The translations under genes and the position numbers were made by a program. The notes under the pieces are model-generated. The model was not told the origin of the DNA, did no database searches, and saw only the letters and a program-made list of their open reading frames with translations. 64,000 nucleotides of DNA from an uncultured bacterium (GTDB lineage Bacteria; Joyebacterota; Joyebacteria; Joyebacterales; Joyebacteraceae): NCBI GenBank assembly GCA_964521425.1, contig CAZFRO010000011.1, forward strand, positions 13,534 through 77,533, given 5' to 3'. Of the stretch, positions 27,511-37,255 are shown one piece after another; the stretch's first letter is position 1; every line of letters starts with the position of its first letter.

Positions 27511-28649
27511 GAGGAGCGATCAGATACGACAGGCCTCTCATCTGGACGGTGCTTCTGCTCGTCCTGGTCGGCATGATGACCGTCTACACGGCCAGCATCT
27601 ACTTCTCGAGCATCAAGCTCGGGGGGGAGAATGTCATGGTGCAGAGGCAGACCATCAGGCTCCTGGTCGGATTCGCCGCGATGGGTGCGTTCGCCTTCGT
27701 CGACTACAAGTGGTACCGGCGATTCGCGAAGCCGGCGATGCTGATATCGCTCCTGCTCCTCGTGCTCACGCTTACCTCCGGGAAGACCATCAAGGGAGCG
27801 ACCTCAACGCTCCTGATCATCCAGACGGGTGAGGTGGCGAAACTGGTTCTCGTCCTCTACCTTGCCGACGTTCTTGACCGCAGGCAGAACGATCTTGGCG
27901 ACTTCGCACATGGACTCGCTCCACGGCTCGTGCTGGTTGCGTTGACGGTGGCTCTCATAGCCGGACAGCAGGACTACGGGAGCGCTCTCGCCATTCTGAT
28001 TCTCGCGCTGACAATGCTCTTCCTTGGAGGAGCCAAGCTGTCGCATATCTCGGCGCTCGGCCTCGCGGCCGCACCGCTGGGGTTCCTTGCGTACAAGCTT
28101 GTCCCCCGCATTACTGAGCGCGTCGGTATCTGGCAGTCGACCTACGATCTGTCGCTTGCTGGAGTGAACACACAAGGGCCCGTCTACCAGGTCTACCAGT
28201 CGCTGATCGCCCTGGGTTCGGGCGGGATCATCGGACGGGGACTGGGAGCGAGCCGCCAGCGGGCGTTCATCCCGGATTCGCACACTGACTTCGCATTCTC
28301 AATATGGGGCGAGGAGCTGGGACTCATCGGGACATTCATTCTCGTCGCACTGTTTGTGTCCCTCATGGTGCGTGGGCTGAAGATCGCCGCCAGATCACAC
28401 GATTCCTATGGGTCCCTTCTGGCTGGTGGACTCACGATGATGATCGTGATCTACGCAGCGATAAACATAGCGGTCGTCACGGCCAGCATGCCGACAACCG
28501 GCCTGCCGCTCCCGTTCGTGAGCTACGGCGGTACGTCACTCGTTGTGAACATGGCCGCAGCCGGCATTCTGATAAACATGTCGCGTCGCAGGGTATTCGA
28601 AACGGTCGGTGCCCAGTCACGCGAGAGTCGAAGAGGGAAGAGGTCGTGA
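27507..28649 (+). CDS. ftsW: Peptidoglycan glycosyltransferase FtsW (SEDS family).
   Basis: 10-TM SEDS protein with conserved motifs (PDSHTDFAFS, LPFVSYGGTS). Sits between murD and murG. Confidence 0.9.
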   Translation: MRGAIRYDRPLIWTVLLLVLVGMMTVYTASIYFSSIKLGGENVMVQRQTIRLLVGFAAMGAFAFVDYKWYRRFAKPAMLISLLLLVLTLTSGKTIKGATSTLLIIQTGEVAKLVLVLYLADVLDRRQNDLGDFAHGLAPRLVLVALTVALIAGQQDYGSALAILILALTMLFLGGAKLSHISALGLAAAPLGFLAYKLVPRITERVGIWQSTYDLSLAGVNTQGPVYQVYQSLIALGSGGIIGRGLGASRQRAFIPDSHTDFAFSIWGEELGLIGTFILVALFVSLMVRGLKIAARSHDSYGSLLAGGLTMMIVIYAAINIAVVTASMPTTGLPLPFVSYGGTSLVVNMAAAGILINMSRRRVFETVGAQSRESRRGKRS

Positions 28650-28654
28650 GGATT

Positions 28655-29746
28655 ATGATCGCCGGAGGAGGCACAGGGGGGCACATATTTCCTGGGATCG
28701 CGATCGCCGAGGCGATCGAGGAACTCTCCCCGGAGGCGGAGGTCTTCTTCATGGGACGCAGGGGATCGATCGAGGAGCGCGTCGTGCTGGGGACGGGAAG
28801 ACGGTTCGTGACCGTGCCTTCGATGGGAGTCACCCGTGGATCCGTCATCAGGAATGCCGTGGTCCCGTTCGCCGTGGCCGCGGGCTGCCTGAAAGCGGTC
28901 TGCGCTCTCGCTATGAAGCGACCGGACGCCGCCGTTGGGACCGGCGGGTTCGCCAGTCTTCCGCCCGTGCTTGCGGCTCGCGCCGTAGGAGTCCCGATCG
29001 TCCTTCAGGAGCAGAACTCCTGGCCGGGGCTCGCTACGAGGGTCCTCTCGAGGTTCGCGGAGGTCGTGCACGTGACCTTCGCGGAATCAGGGGGTCACCT
29101 CCCGCACGCGAAGAGGATTGAGCAGTCGGGAAACCCTGTCCGACGAGGATTCGATGAGATTGATCGCACCGTCGCACGCCGCACCCTCGGCCTCACGCAT
29201 GAAGCAGATGTTGTGATGGTTGTAGGTGGGAGCCGAGGGGCCAGGCGGTTGAGTCTTGCGGTGGCCGAAGCCATGCCGCGGCTGTCTCAAGCAGGGATCG
29301 AGTTCATCATCCAGACCGGTGCGGATGAGCTTGAACATGTTCGGGCTCAGGTAGCGTCGGTCGGTGCGCGGGCCATCGTCGAGGTCTTCTTCGAGGATAT
29401 CGCCCCGCTCTACGCGGCGTGTGACATCGTCGTCTCACGCGCTGGGGCCACAACGCTGGCTGAGACGGCCATCGTTGGGCGGCCATCCGTTCTCGTTCCG
29501 TACCCGCATGCGACTGACGATCATCAGATGAAGAACGCTCGCTCCGTGGAGGATGGCGGAGCGGCTGTAGTGATTCCCAACGGTGAGCTAACTGGAGATC
29601 GGCTTGCCGGCGCACTTGAAAATCTCCTTCGCGATCGCACGCGGCTGACGAGTATGTCAAGCGCAGCCAGAGTCCTCGCGCGGCCCGATGCGGCTGACCG
29701 GGTCGCGCGGGACGTTCTGGCAGTGGCGTCGCAGACAAGGCACTGA
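28655..29746 (+). CDS. murG: Undecaprenyldiphospho-muramoylpentapeptide beta-N-acetylglucosaminyltransferase MurG.
   Basis: MIAGGGTGGHIFPGIAIAEAI N-terminal G-loop. ATG at 28655 (or GTG at 28646) just after the ftsW stop. The long ORF from 28304 is a spurious upstream extension overlapping ftsW. Confidence 0.9.
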   Translation: MIAGGGTGGHIFPGIAIAEAIEELSPEAEVFFMGRRGSIEERVVLGTGRRFVTVPSMGVTRGSVIRNAVVPFAVAAGCLKAVCALAMKRPDAAVGTGGFASLPPVLAARAVGVPIVLQEQNSWPGLATRVLSRFAEVVHVTFAESGGHLPHAKRIEQSGNPVRRGFDEIDRTVARRTLGLTHEADVVMVVGGSRGARRLSLAVAEAMPRLSQAGIEFIIQTGADELEHVRAQVASVGARAIVEVFFEDIAPLYAACDIVVSRAGATTLAETAIVGRPSVLVPYPHATDDHQMKNARSVEDGGAAVVIPNGELTGDRLAGALENLLRDRTRLTSMSSAARVLARPDAADRVARDVLAVASQTRH

Positions 29747-29831
29747 CCGGCCCGCCCTTGAAGCCTATCGCAGTTGGGGCCGGCGGATACGATGAAGGGC
29801 GGGGTGACCCGCCGGGAGCAGAGACGAAACG

Positions 29832-31220
29832 ATGACAATGTTCGGCAGAGTCAAGTGTGTTCATCTTGTGGGGATAGGTGGCGTCGGGATGGGGGGGATC
29901 GCGGAGATCCTTCTTACCCTCGGTTTCGACGTGTCCGGCTCCGATCTTCATCAGGGAGATATCACCGAAAGGCTGACGCGCCTTGGGGGCAGGATCCACT
30001 ACGGACATGAAGCCGCCAATGTCGAGGGAGCCGATGTCGTGGTCACCTCAACCGCGATTCCGCCGGACAACCCAGAGGTTGTGGCGGCTCGTGCGGCGAT
30101 GATCCCGGTCATCCCACGCGTTGAAATGCTCGCCGAACTGATGCGCATGAAGTACTCGGTGGCCGTCGGTGGAACGCACGGCAAGACTACTGTCACATCT
30201 CTTATCGCGACCGTGCTTACGGCCGGTGGACTGGATCCCACGGTCGTCGTTGGTGGAACCGTGAAGACCATGGGTACAGGCGCCCGGCTTGGATCCAGCG
30301 AGTACATCGTGGCGGAGGCCGATGAGAGCGACGGGTCGTTCCTGAAACTCTCACCGACGATGGCCGTCATCACGACCATCGATGAGGAGCATCTCGATTT
30401 CTACGAGGGGATAGACGAGATCAAGAAGGCGTTCGTTCGGTTCGCCAACAGCATCCCGTTCTATGGCTGCTCGGTGGTTTGCCTGGACCAGCACAGCATC
30501 CAGTCAATAATCCCCGACATTCACCGCAGGGTCGTGAGCTACGGCCTGACCGGTCAGGTGGACGTACAGGGTTACGACATTGAGTCATCAGGGGAGCTGA
30601 CGTCGTTCTCCGTGATCGTACGCGGAGAGGATATGGGCAGAATCGAGATGCACATGCCGGGGCTTCACAATATCTACAACTCGCTCGCCGCAGTCACGGT
30701 GGGCCTGGAACTCGGCGTGGGGTTCGGAGACATCGCCAGGTCTCTGAAGGAGTTCGAGGGAATAGCCCGCAGGTTCGAGATCAAAGGGGAGGTCAACGAT
30801 GTGCTTGTACTGGATGATTACGGCCACCACCCAGCAGAGATCGGAACGACTCTCGCGGCAGCAGCCGCTTGCTGGAACAGAAGACTCGTCGTCCTCTTTC
30901 AGCCTCACAGATATACACGAACGCAGAAGCTATCCGATGAGTTCGGAAGATCGTTCTACGACGCCGACGTACTTATGGTCACAGGAATCTACGCCGCCAG
31001 CGAAGCACCCATCGAGGGGGTGAGCGGAGCCAATATTGTAGAGGCCGCGATACGATACGGCCATAGAGACGCATCGTACATCGAGGACATGGATGAGTTG
31101 TTCGCGCGCGCTGTCGAGGTCATACGTCCCGGCGATGTCGTCGTGACACTCGGAGCCGGCGACATCTACAAAGTGGGGGATCGTATCCTCACAGCCATAA
31201 GCGAGCGAGACAACTCCTGA
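29832..31220 (+). CDS. murC: UDP-N-acetylmuramate--L-alanine ligase MurC.
   Basis: VHLVGIGGVGMGGIAEIL and GGTHGKTTVTSLIATVL motifs. Confidence 0.93.
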   Translation: MTMFGRVKCVHLVGIGGVGMGGIAEILLTLGFDVSGSDLHQGDITERLTRLGGRIHYGHEAANVEGADVVVTSTAIPPDNPEVVAARAAMIPVIPRVEMLAELMRMKYSVAVGGTHGKTTVTSLIATVLTAGGLDPTVVVGGTVKTMGTGARLGSSEYIVAEADESDGSFLKLSPTMAVITTIDEEHLDFYEGIDEIKKAFVRFANSIPFYGCSVVCLDQHSIQSIIPDIHRRVVSYGLTGQVDVQGYDIESSGELTSFSVIVRGEDMGRIEMHMPGLHNIYNSLAAVTVGLELGVGFGDIARSLKEFEGIARRFEIKGEVNDVLVLDDYGHHPAEIGTTLAAAAACWNRRLVVLFQPHRYTRTQKLSDEFGRSFYDADVLMVTGIYAASEAPIEGVSGANIVEAAIRYGHRDASYIEDMDELFARAVEVIRPGDVVVTLGAGDIYKVGDRILTAISERDNS

Positions 31221-31228
31221 CTTCGCGG

Positions 31229-32167
31229 ATGCGGAGCGGGGCGAGGTTACTCATGCTGGACCAAGACATCATCACAGAACTCAGGGCGATAGCTCCCGGA
31301 TGCGTTCATCCGGACGAGCCCATGGCCAAGCATACGTCCTTCGGTCTGGGAGGTCCTGCCGATGTCTACGTCCAGCCGCTCGACGAAGGTAGCCTCAAGG
31401 AGTGCGCGACGCTTCTGAAGGGCGCCGGTGTGGCGATCAAGATTCTGGGGCGAGGCACCAATCTGCTCGTGAGAAGCGGGGGCATCGAAGGAGCCGTCCT
31501 TTCCACCGAGCAGGCGCTCAGCACGCTGCGTGCCGACGGCGGAGTCGTGACCGTTGGCAGTGGGATCCCGCTGAGCGGACTCCTGAGCTTCTGCGCCGAG
31601 TCCGGTCTTACTGGGCTTGAGCCTCTCGCCGGGATTCCCGGCAGTGTCGGTGGAGCCGCCGTCATGAACGCCGGAAGCTACGACGTCTGGTTCGCAGACC
31701 ATCTCGAATCCGTTGTGGTCTTCGAACCAGGGGAGAGTTCCGTGCGGGTCGCAGGAAGCGAACTCGATGCCTCCTACAGGCGCATGGGCATTCCGGAGGG
31801 ACACGTCGTCGAGAGGGTCGTCCTGACCCTTGCCGACGAGAGTCCTTCAACTGTCGCAGCACGACTGCAGGAGATCATCGAGCGGAAATGGCGAACGCAG
31901 CCGGTCGGCATGCGAAGTGCCGGATGCGTCTTCCGCAATTTCCCAGACAAGGCCGCGTGGGCGCTCATCGATTCGGTTGGCCTCGTCGGAGCTCGCATCG
32001 GTGGAGCCGTCGTGTCCGACGTGCACGCCAATTTCATACTGAATGACCGGGGGGCGACTCCCGAGGACGTCGAGGAGCTGATCACTCTGATCCGTGAACG
32101 AGTCAGCGATCACACAGGGCGTGATCTTGAGACTGAGGTGGAGATCGTAGGCAGGAGGGCGCATTGA
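31229..32167 (+). CDS. murB: UDP-N-acetylenolpyruvoylglucosamine reductase MurB.
   Basis: FAD-binding PCMH-type domain (FGLGGPADVYV, RGTNLLV) and a C-terminal MurB domain. dcw position. Confidence 0.88.
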   Translation: MRSGARLLMLDQDIITELRAIAPGCVHPDEPMAKHTSFGLGGPADVYVQPLDEGSLKECATLLKGAGVAIKILGRGTNLLVRSGGIEGAVLSTEQALSTLRADGGVVTVGSGIPLSGLLSFCAESGLTGLEPLAGIPGSVGGAAVMNAGSYDVWFADHLESVVVFEPGESSVRVAGSELDASYRRMGIPEGHVVERVVLTLADESPSTVAARLQEIIERKWRTQPVGMRSAGCVFRNFPDKAAWALIDSVGLVGARIGGAVVSDVHANFILNDRGATPEDVEELITLIRERVSDHTGRDLETEVEIVGRRAH

Positions 32168-32970
32168 GGGGGACGGACCGGACACGTACAGCACGGCATG
32201 ATCGCGAAAGGTCCCAGCGCCAGGGTGGGGGAGCGAAGCGGATCACCATCGTGGCGAGCGCACTGCTGCTCCTGACCGGGATAGCGTTCTCGGCCTACAA
32301 GGCGTCCGCATGGGGCGACGAGGCCGGGCGTTTCCCGCTGTCTCTCATGGAGGTCAGCGGGAATGTAGTCCTGACCGAGGCGGAGGTTGTCGAACTCGCC
32401 GGAATCGAGCCGGGGATGGACCTTCTCTCCATCGATCTCGGACGCGTCGAGGCAACGATTACATCGAATCCGAGGGTCGAGCGGGCGTATGTGACTCGCC
32501 GGCTTCCCGATCACGTGCTCATCCGGCTTGACGAGAAGCTGCCGGCCGCCATCGTGCCCTCAGGCTCCTCCGGATTCATGGAGGTCGCAGCCGACGGTAG
32601 CGTGCTGCCGGGCGCCGAGCGGACTCCATTCATTGACATTCCTCTTATCAGTGGGCTCAACGAACCTCCCTCAGAGGGCGAGGTGTTTGACTCGGAGAAT
32701 CTGAGGACGGCTCTGAGTCTCCTGAACACCGCGAGAGAGCTTTCGCCCCCATTCTGGGCGGAGATATCAGAAGTGCATATTGCGCCGGGGTCGGGTCTGG
32801 TTATCTACACGGTAGCCGACGGGGCAGAGATCAGGTTTGGCTCCGGCGCTTACGACACGATGACGCTGTCACAACTCTGGGCGGTCCTGAACGATCTCAG
32901 GGCGAGAGGTGTGAAGGCCGAGACCATAGACATGAGATTCAGAAGCCAGGTTGTCGTGAGGACCGCCTGA
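32164..32970 (+). CDS. ftsQ: Cell division protein FtsQ (POTRA domain).
   Basis: Single TM, a POTRA-like segment, and its position between murB and ftsA. Overlaps the murB stop by 4 nt. Confidence 0.8.
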   Translation: MRGTDRTRTARHDRERSQRQGGGAKRITIVASALLLLTGIAFSAYKASAWGDEAGRFPLSLMEVSGNVVLTEAEVVELAGIEPGMDLLSIDLGRVEATITSNPRVERAYVTRRLPDHVLIRLDEKLPAAIVPSGSSGFMEVAADGSVLPGAERTPFIDIPLISGLNEPPSEGEVFDSENLRTALSLLNTARELSPPFWAEISEVHIAPGSGLVIYTVADGAEIRFGSGAYDTMTLSQLWAVLNDLRARGVKAETIDMRFRSQVVVRTA

Positions 32971-33009
32971 GGCGGACCTCGAGGACGTGCGTAGGACGGG
33001 AGGCCCCAC

Positions 33010-34233
33010 TTGAAGCGGAGCGAGATCATTGTCGGCCTCGATCTGGGTTCGAGCAGGATTAAGGTAGTCGTCGCGGATGTCGGGGATTCGGAGCTTCCGG
33101 AGATCCTCGGGATCGGTGAGTCGCGTTCCACGGGGATAGAAGCCGGCGTCATAGTCAACATGGAGAGGGCGGCGGACTCTATTCGCGAGGCGGTCATGGC
33201 AGCCGAGAAGAGCGCGGACGTTGAAATCGGCACCGCTGCGATCTCACTCAACGGGGAGCACATCAAGGGCATCGACAGCCGGGGCGTCATAGCCGTCTCC
33301 GGAGCGAACGGTGAGATCACGCGATCTGAGGTGTCCACCGTGCTCGATGCGGCCAAGACCCTGGCTCTGCCGGTTGGTCGATCGGTCGTGGACGTGCTTC
33401 CTCAGGAGTTCTTCGTCGACGGGCAGCGGGGGATCCGCGATCCCATCGGCATGTCGGGCGTGCGCCTCGGGTCCAAGGTCCACATCGTCACGGCCGAGGA
33501 GCGCGTAATCGACAACTCCATCAGAGCCGTGCGGAAGGCCGGGGTGAGGGAGAGCATCATGGTTGCCAAGCCGGTTGCGGCGGGGCTCTCGTCGCTCCCC
33601 GCTGACGAACGAGAACTCGGCGTTCTCCTCGTGAACATCGGCGCCGACACGACGGGTGTTGCCCTTCACCACGGGGGGGCGATTCGGTGTGCCGGGGTTG
33701 TTGGATGGGGAGCATCGAGCATCACAAACGACATTGCCGTGGGGCTCAGAATGCCGCTGGTCAAGGCAGAACTCCTCAAGCGCAAGTCAGGCTGCGCCAA
33801 GATGTCCATGATCGGGAACTCGGCTCTCGAGATCCCGAGCGTGGGTGGTCGACCATCGCGGGAGAGCTCGACACACATGCTGTCCGCCATCATCGAACCC
33901 CGGGTTCGTGAGATCCTCGAACTGGCATTGGCCGAAGTCGGGGACACGGAGTATTGGGGGAGGACCGCGGCGGGTGTTGTCCTGACAGGCGGGGGAGCGA
34001 AGCTCAGTGGTGTGGCCGACGTGGCCGAGGACATCTTTGGAATGCCGGCGAGAGTCGGACTCCCCGACAGAGTGTCGGGGCTCTTCGATGCGATAGCGGA
34101 TCCATCTCATGCTGCGGTTGTCGGTGTTGCCATTGCGGCGTCACGTGCACCGAGAAGACGGCGCAGACGGAATGATGGGGCGGTTCTTGGAACCGTCCGC
34201 AAGGTCAGGCAGTGGGTCGACGGCCTCCTTTAG
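33010..34233 (+). CDS. ftsA: Cell division protein FtsA (actin-like ATPase).
   Basis: [16 protein letters not shown] phosphate-1 motif and [21 protein letters not shown] start at 33010. Confidence 0.92.
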   Translation: MKRSEIIVGLDLGSSRIKVVVADVGDSELPEILGIGESRSTGIEAGVIVNMERAADSIREAVMAAEKSADVEIGTAAISLNGEHIKGIDSRGVIAVSGANGEITRSEVSTVLDAAKTLALPVGRSVVDVLPQEFFVDGQRGIRDPIGMSGVRLGSKVHIVTAEERVIDNSIRAVRKAGVRESIMVAKPVAAGLSSLPADERELGVLLVNIGADTTGVALHHGGAIRCAGVVGWGASSITNDIAVGLRMPLVKAELLKRKSGCAKMSMIGNSALEIPSVGGRPSRESSTHMLSAIIEPRVREILELALAEVGDTEYWGRTAAGVVLTGGGAKLSGVADVAEDIFGMPARVGLPDRVSGLFDAIADPSHAAVVGVAIAASRAPRRRRRRNDGAVLGTVRKVRQWVDGLL

Positions 34234-34330
34234 GAGGCGTTCCGGAGGAATACAAATGGGTAAACGACGGAAAGCAAGCAGTGGACAGACGGGATCGCGG
34301 CTCAAGGGCCGCGGCCCGGAAGGAGGAACG

Positions 34331-35545
34331 ATGCGGTTCCAGTTCGACGCCGAGCCTGATATGAGTGCTTCGATCAAGGTCGTGGGCGTGGGCGGGGCGG
34401 GAGGCAATGCGATCAACAGGATGATAGAGTCGGGCTTCACCGGTGTGGAGTTCATCGCCATCAACACGGACGCTCAGGCGCTTGAGGGCTCACTCGCCGC
34501 AACCCGGATCCAGATCGGTCGCGAGCTGACGCACGGGCTGGGATCCGGCGGAAAGCCGGAGGTCGGCAGGAAGGCGATCGAGGAGGATGAGGAGCAGGTT
34601 GCCAATGCCATCAAGGGTGCGGACATGGTGTTCATCACCGCCGGGATGGGCGGGGGCACCGGCACGGGCGCGGGCCCGGTCGTGGCGCGGATGGCGAAGA
34701 AGATGGGGGCTCTCGTGGTGGGGATCGCCACGAAGCCGTTCCTCTTCGAGGGTCAGTTGAGAATGCGACAGGCTGTCGAAGGCGTTGACGCCCTCAGGCA
34801 GGCGGTCGACACTGCCATCGTGATTCCGAACCAGCGGCTTCTGGCCGTCGCCAGCAAGAACACACCGGTCGGTGAGGCTTTCCGTATCGCCGATGAGGTT
34901 CTGCTCCGTGCGACAAAGGGGGTCACCGACCTCATCATGATTCCAGGGCTCATCAATCTCGATTTCGCCGATGTGAAGTCGGTGATGCTCGAGATGGGAG
35001 ATGCAGTGATGGGCACCGGTATCAGCGGCGGCAAGAACAGAGCCGTCGAGGCGGCGCAGCAGTCGATATCGAGTCCTCTTCTCGAGGATGCCACGATCAG
35101 GGGGGCAAAGGGCGTTCTCGTCAATGTGACGGGCGGCGCAGACCTCTCCCTCCATGAGATCAGTGAGGCCGCGATGGTGGTCAACGAGGCCATCGGGGCC
35201 GAGACGAACATGATCTTCGGGGCGGTGATTGATGAGTCACTTAAGGACAAGGTCATGATCACGGTCATCGCCACAGGAATCGGTGCAGAGCGTAAGAGTG
35301 CGGTGGTGGAGCCCAAGAGGGAGCGCGCTGCCAAGCCGGCTGCGCGAATCATCGCAAGGGCAGAGACCGCAACGAAGGCGCCACAGCGTCCCCGGTCGGC
35401 CCCGAGGAAGATCGAGTCCCCGGAGCCCAAGCGGAAGCGCAATGAGCCTGCCCAGAGGGTTGTCATGTGCGCCAAAGGCGGTTCGCGCAAGAACTCAAGG
35501 CGGGAACTCGAGATACCTACGTTCTTGCGCAGACAGATGGACTGA
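34331..35545 (+). CDS. ftsZ: Cell division GTPase FtsZ.
   Basis: [30 protein letters not shown] tubulin signature. ATG at 34331 directly after an AGGAGG RBS. The ORF from 34109 is an upstream extension overlapping ftsA. Confidence 0.93.
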   Translation: MRFQFDAEPDMSASIKVVGVGGAGGNAINRMIESGFTGVEFIAINTDAQALEGSLAATRIQIGRELTHGLGSGGKPEVGRKAIEEDEEQVANAIKGADMVFITAGMGGGTGTGAGPVVARMAKKMGALVVGIATKPFLFEGQLRMRQAVEGVDALRQAVDTAIVIPNQRLLAVASKNTPVGEAFRIADEVLLRATKGVTDLIMIPGLINLDFADVKSVMLEMGDAVMGTGISGGKNRAVEAAQQSISSPLLEDATIRGAKGVLVNVTGGADLSLHEISEAAMVVNEAIGAETNMIFGAVIDESLKDKVMITVIATGIGAERKSAVVEPKRERAAKPAARIIARAETATKAPQRPRSAPRKIESPEPKRKRNEPAQRVVMCAKGGSRKNSRRELEIPTFLRRQMD

Positions 35546-35593
35546 GTATAATGGGCCTGCACAGGCCGCACATGTTGAGCGAGGAGGAAGACC

Positions 35594-37255
35594 GTGTCAC
35601 TCTTCACCAAGCTGTTCGGATTAGGTGAGAGCGATCACTACAACAAGGGAATCGAGCACTACAACCGCGGTGACTACGACAGCGCCGTCGTGGAGTTTGA
35701 GCGTGTTATCGCCGAGACCACGAACAAGTCCAATCCCTACTATCAGCTCGGCATGTTCTACGCCGCGGAGACGCACGCCCACCTCGGTTTCGCGTTCTAC
35801 AGGCAGGGGAGTCTGGATGAGGCGGAGGAGCAGTTCCGAAAGGCCGTGGAGGAGAACAACCGGTATCCCGATCTCCACTACCATCTCGGAATGATCAGCG
35901 AGAAACAGGGGCGCTTTGATGAGGCTGTGGAATCGCTCCAGCGCGCTATCGAGATTAACCCCGACTACATGGAGGCCTACTGCTATCTGGCTATAGCGTT
36001 CTCAGAACGAGGGCGGCATGAAGATGCCATACGGGCGTTTGAGAAGGCGATGAAGCTGGGGCTGGACATTCCGGTTCCGGAAACGCCACAGATCAAAGAG
36101 GCCTACGATCGGATCCTGACCGCTCCCTTCGAAGAACTCCGTGGGGCAACGGTCGGGAAGGAGGAGTTCAGGACACTTCTCAACGACGCAATCACCGCCT
36201 TCAATGCGGGGCAGGTGGAGGAGGCGGTGCAGGGGTTCGAGCGCGCGGTCAAGCTCAAGCCGAAGTACCCCGATATCCGCGCTCGCCTGGCGATAGCCTA
36301 CGGCGAACTCGAACGCTACGACGCAGCCGTCGCCGAACTGGATGAGGGGTTGAGCATCAACCCCAACTACGTCGATGCACTCTTCTACCGTGGCGTCTTC
36401 TGTCTCAAAGCCGGTCGCTATCGGGATGCTCAGGAGAGCCTCAAGCGAGCCGTCGAGCTGGAGCCCGACTACTGGGATCTCAGATGCTATCTCGGCGTCG
36501 CCTACTTCAAGCGTGGGATGCTCTCCGAATCTAGCGAGGAACTCCTGCGGGTGGTCGAAGCATCTCCCCGGTATCCGCTCGCCAACTACTACCTCGGAAT
36601 GGTGTATCACTCGGAGGGTGAGACCGAGAAGGCCGTTGCCTCATTCAAGCAGGCGTTCGAGGACACGGCGTTCTGGAGCGACGCGCCCGGGATACCCGCG
36701 GAGGCGCTTCTTGAGAGTGGCGACTACGACACGGCGATCGAACGGTACAAGGCCGTGATCGCTCAGAACGGCGATTACGCAGACCTCAGGTGCGGTCTGG
36801 GCGTGGCCTATCTGGCCCGCGGAAAACACGAGGAAGCCGCCCGTGAACTGGAGCAGGCCATCAGCATCAACCCGGAGTATGCCGAGGCTCATGCATATCT
36901 GGGCCGCGCCAAGGCCGCTCTCGGGCGAGAGGACGAAGCGATAGCGCACCTGTCCAAGGCTCTTCTGTTCAAGCCCGGGTATGCAGATCTACACCGCGAG
37001 CTTGCCGATCGCTACATCGCGAGCGAAAGGTACAACGAGGCCATAGGCGAACTCGAGAGGGCCGTTGAGATCAACTCAGACTATGTGGAAGCAAGACTGA
37101 CGCTCGGTCTCACGTACCGACGGGTCGATCGGGCCGATGAATCGGATGAGCAGTTCCGTGAGGTGCTCAGGGTTGATTCTCGCAATCCGGTGGCCAGGGC
37201 GCAGCTCTCGGACTGGACGCCAAGTCACGGAGAGCTCAGGAAGATCAGGCTCTGA
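35594..37255 (+). CDS. Tetratricopeptide repeat protein (about 13 TPR units).
   Basis: Repeated A-x3-LG-x-AY-x-G-x4-EA-x3-F-x-KA-x-E-x-NPDY patterns throughout. Confidence 0.8.
   Translation: MSLFTKLFGLGESDHYNKGIEHYNRGDYDSAVVEFERVIAETTNKSNPYYQLGMFYAAETHAHLGFAFYRQGSLDEAEEQFRKAVEENNRYPDLHYHLGMISEKQGRFDEAVESLQRAIEINPDYMEAYCYLAIAFSERGRHEDAIRAFEKAMKLGLDIPVPETPQIKEAYDRILTAPFEELRGATVGKEEFRTLLNDAITAFNAGQVEEAVQGFERAVKLKPKYPDIRARLAIAYGELERYDAAVAELDEGLSINPNYVDALFYRGVFCLKAGRYRDAQESLKRAVELEPDYWDLRCYLGVAYFKRGMLSESSEELLRVVEASPRYPLANYYLGMVYHSEGETEKAVASFKQAFEDTAFWSDAPGIPAEALLESGDYDTAIERYKAVIAQNGDYADLRCGLGVAYLARGKHEEAARELEQAISINPEYAEAHAYLGRAKAALGREDEAIAHLSKALLFKPGYADLHRELADRYIASERYNEAIGELERAVEINSDYVEARLTLGLTYRRVDRADESDEQFREVLRVDSRNPVARAQLSDWTPSHGELRKIRL

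Noticed and set aside
28304-28654. 117-codon N-terminal extension of murG overlapping ftsW in another frame.
   Set aside because: His/Arg-rich nonsense sequence. The conserved MurG N-terminus (MIAGGGTGGHIFPG) starts at the ATG at 28655, right after the ftsW stop.
34109-34330. 74-codon upstream extension of ftsZ overlapping the ftsA 3' end.
   Set aside because: An AGGAGG RBS immediately precedes the ATG at 34331, which yields the conserved FtsZ N-terminus. The extension is Arg/Ser/Gly-rich.
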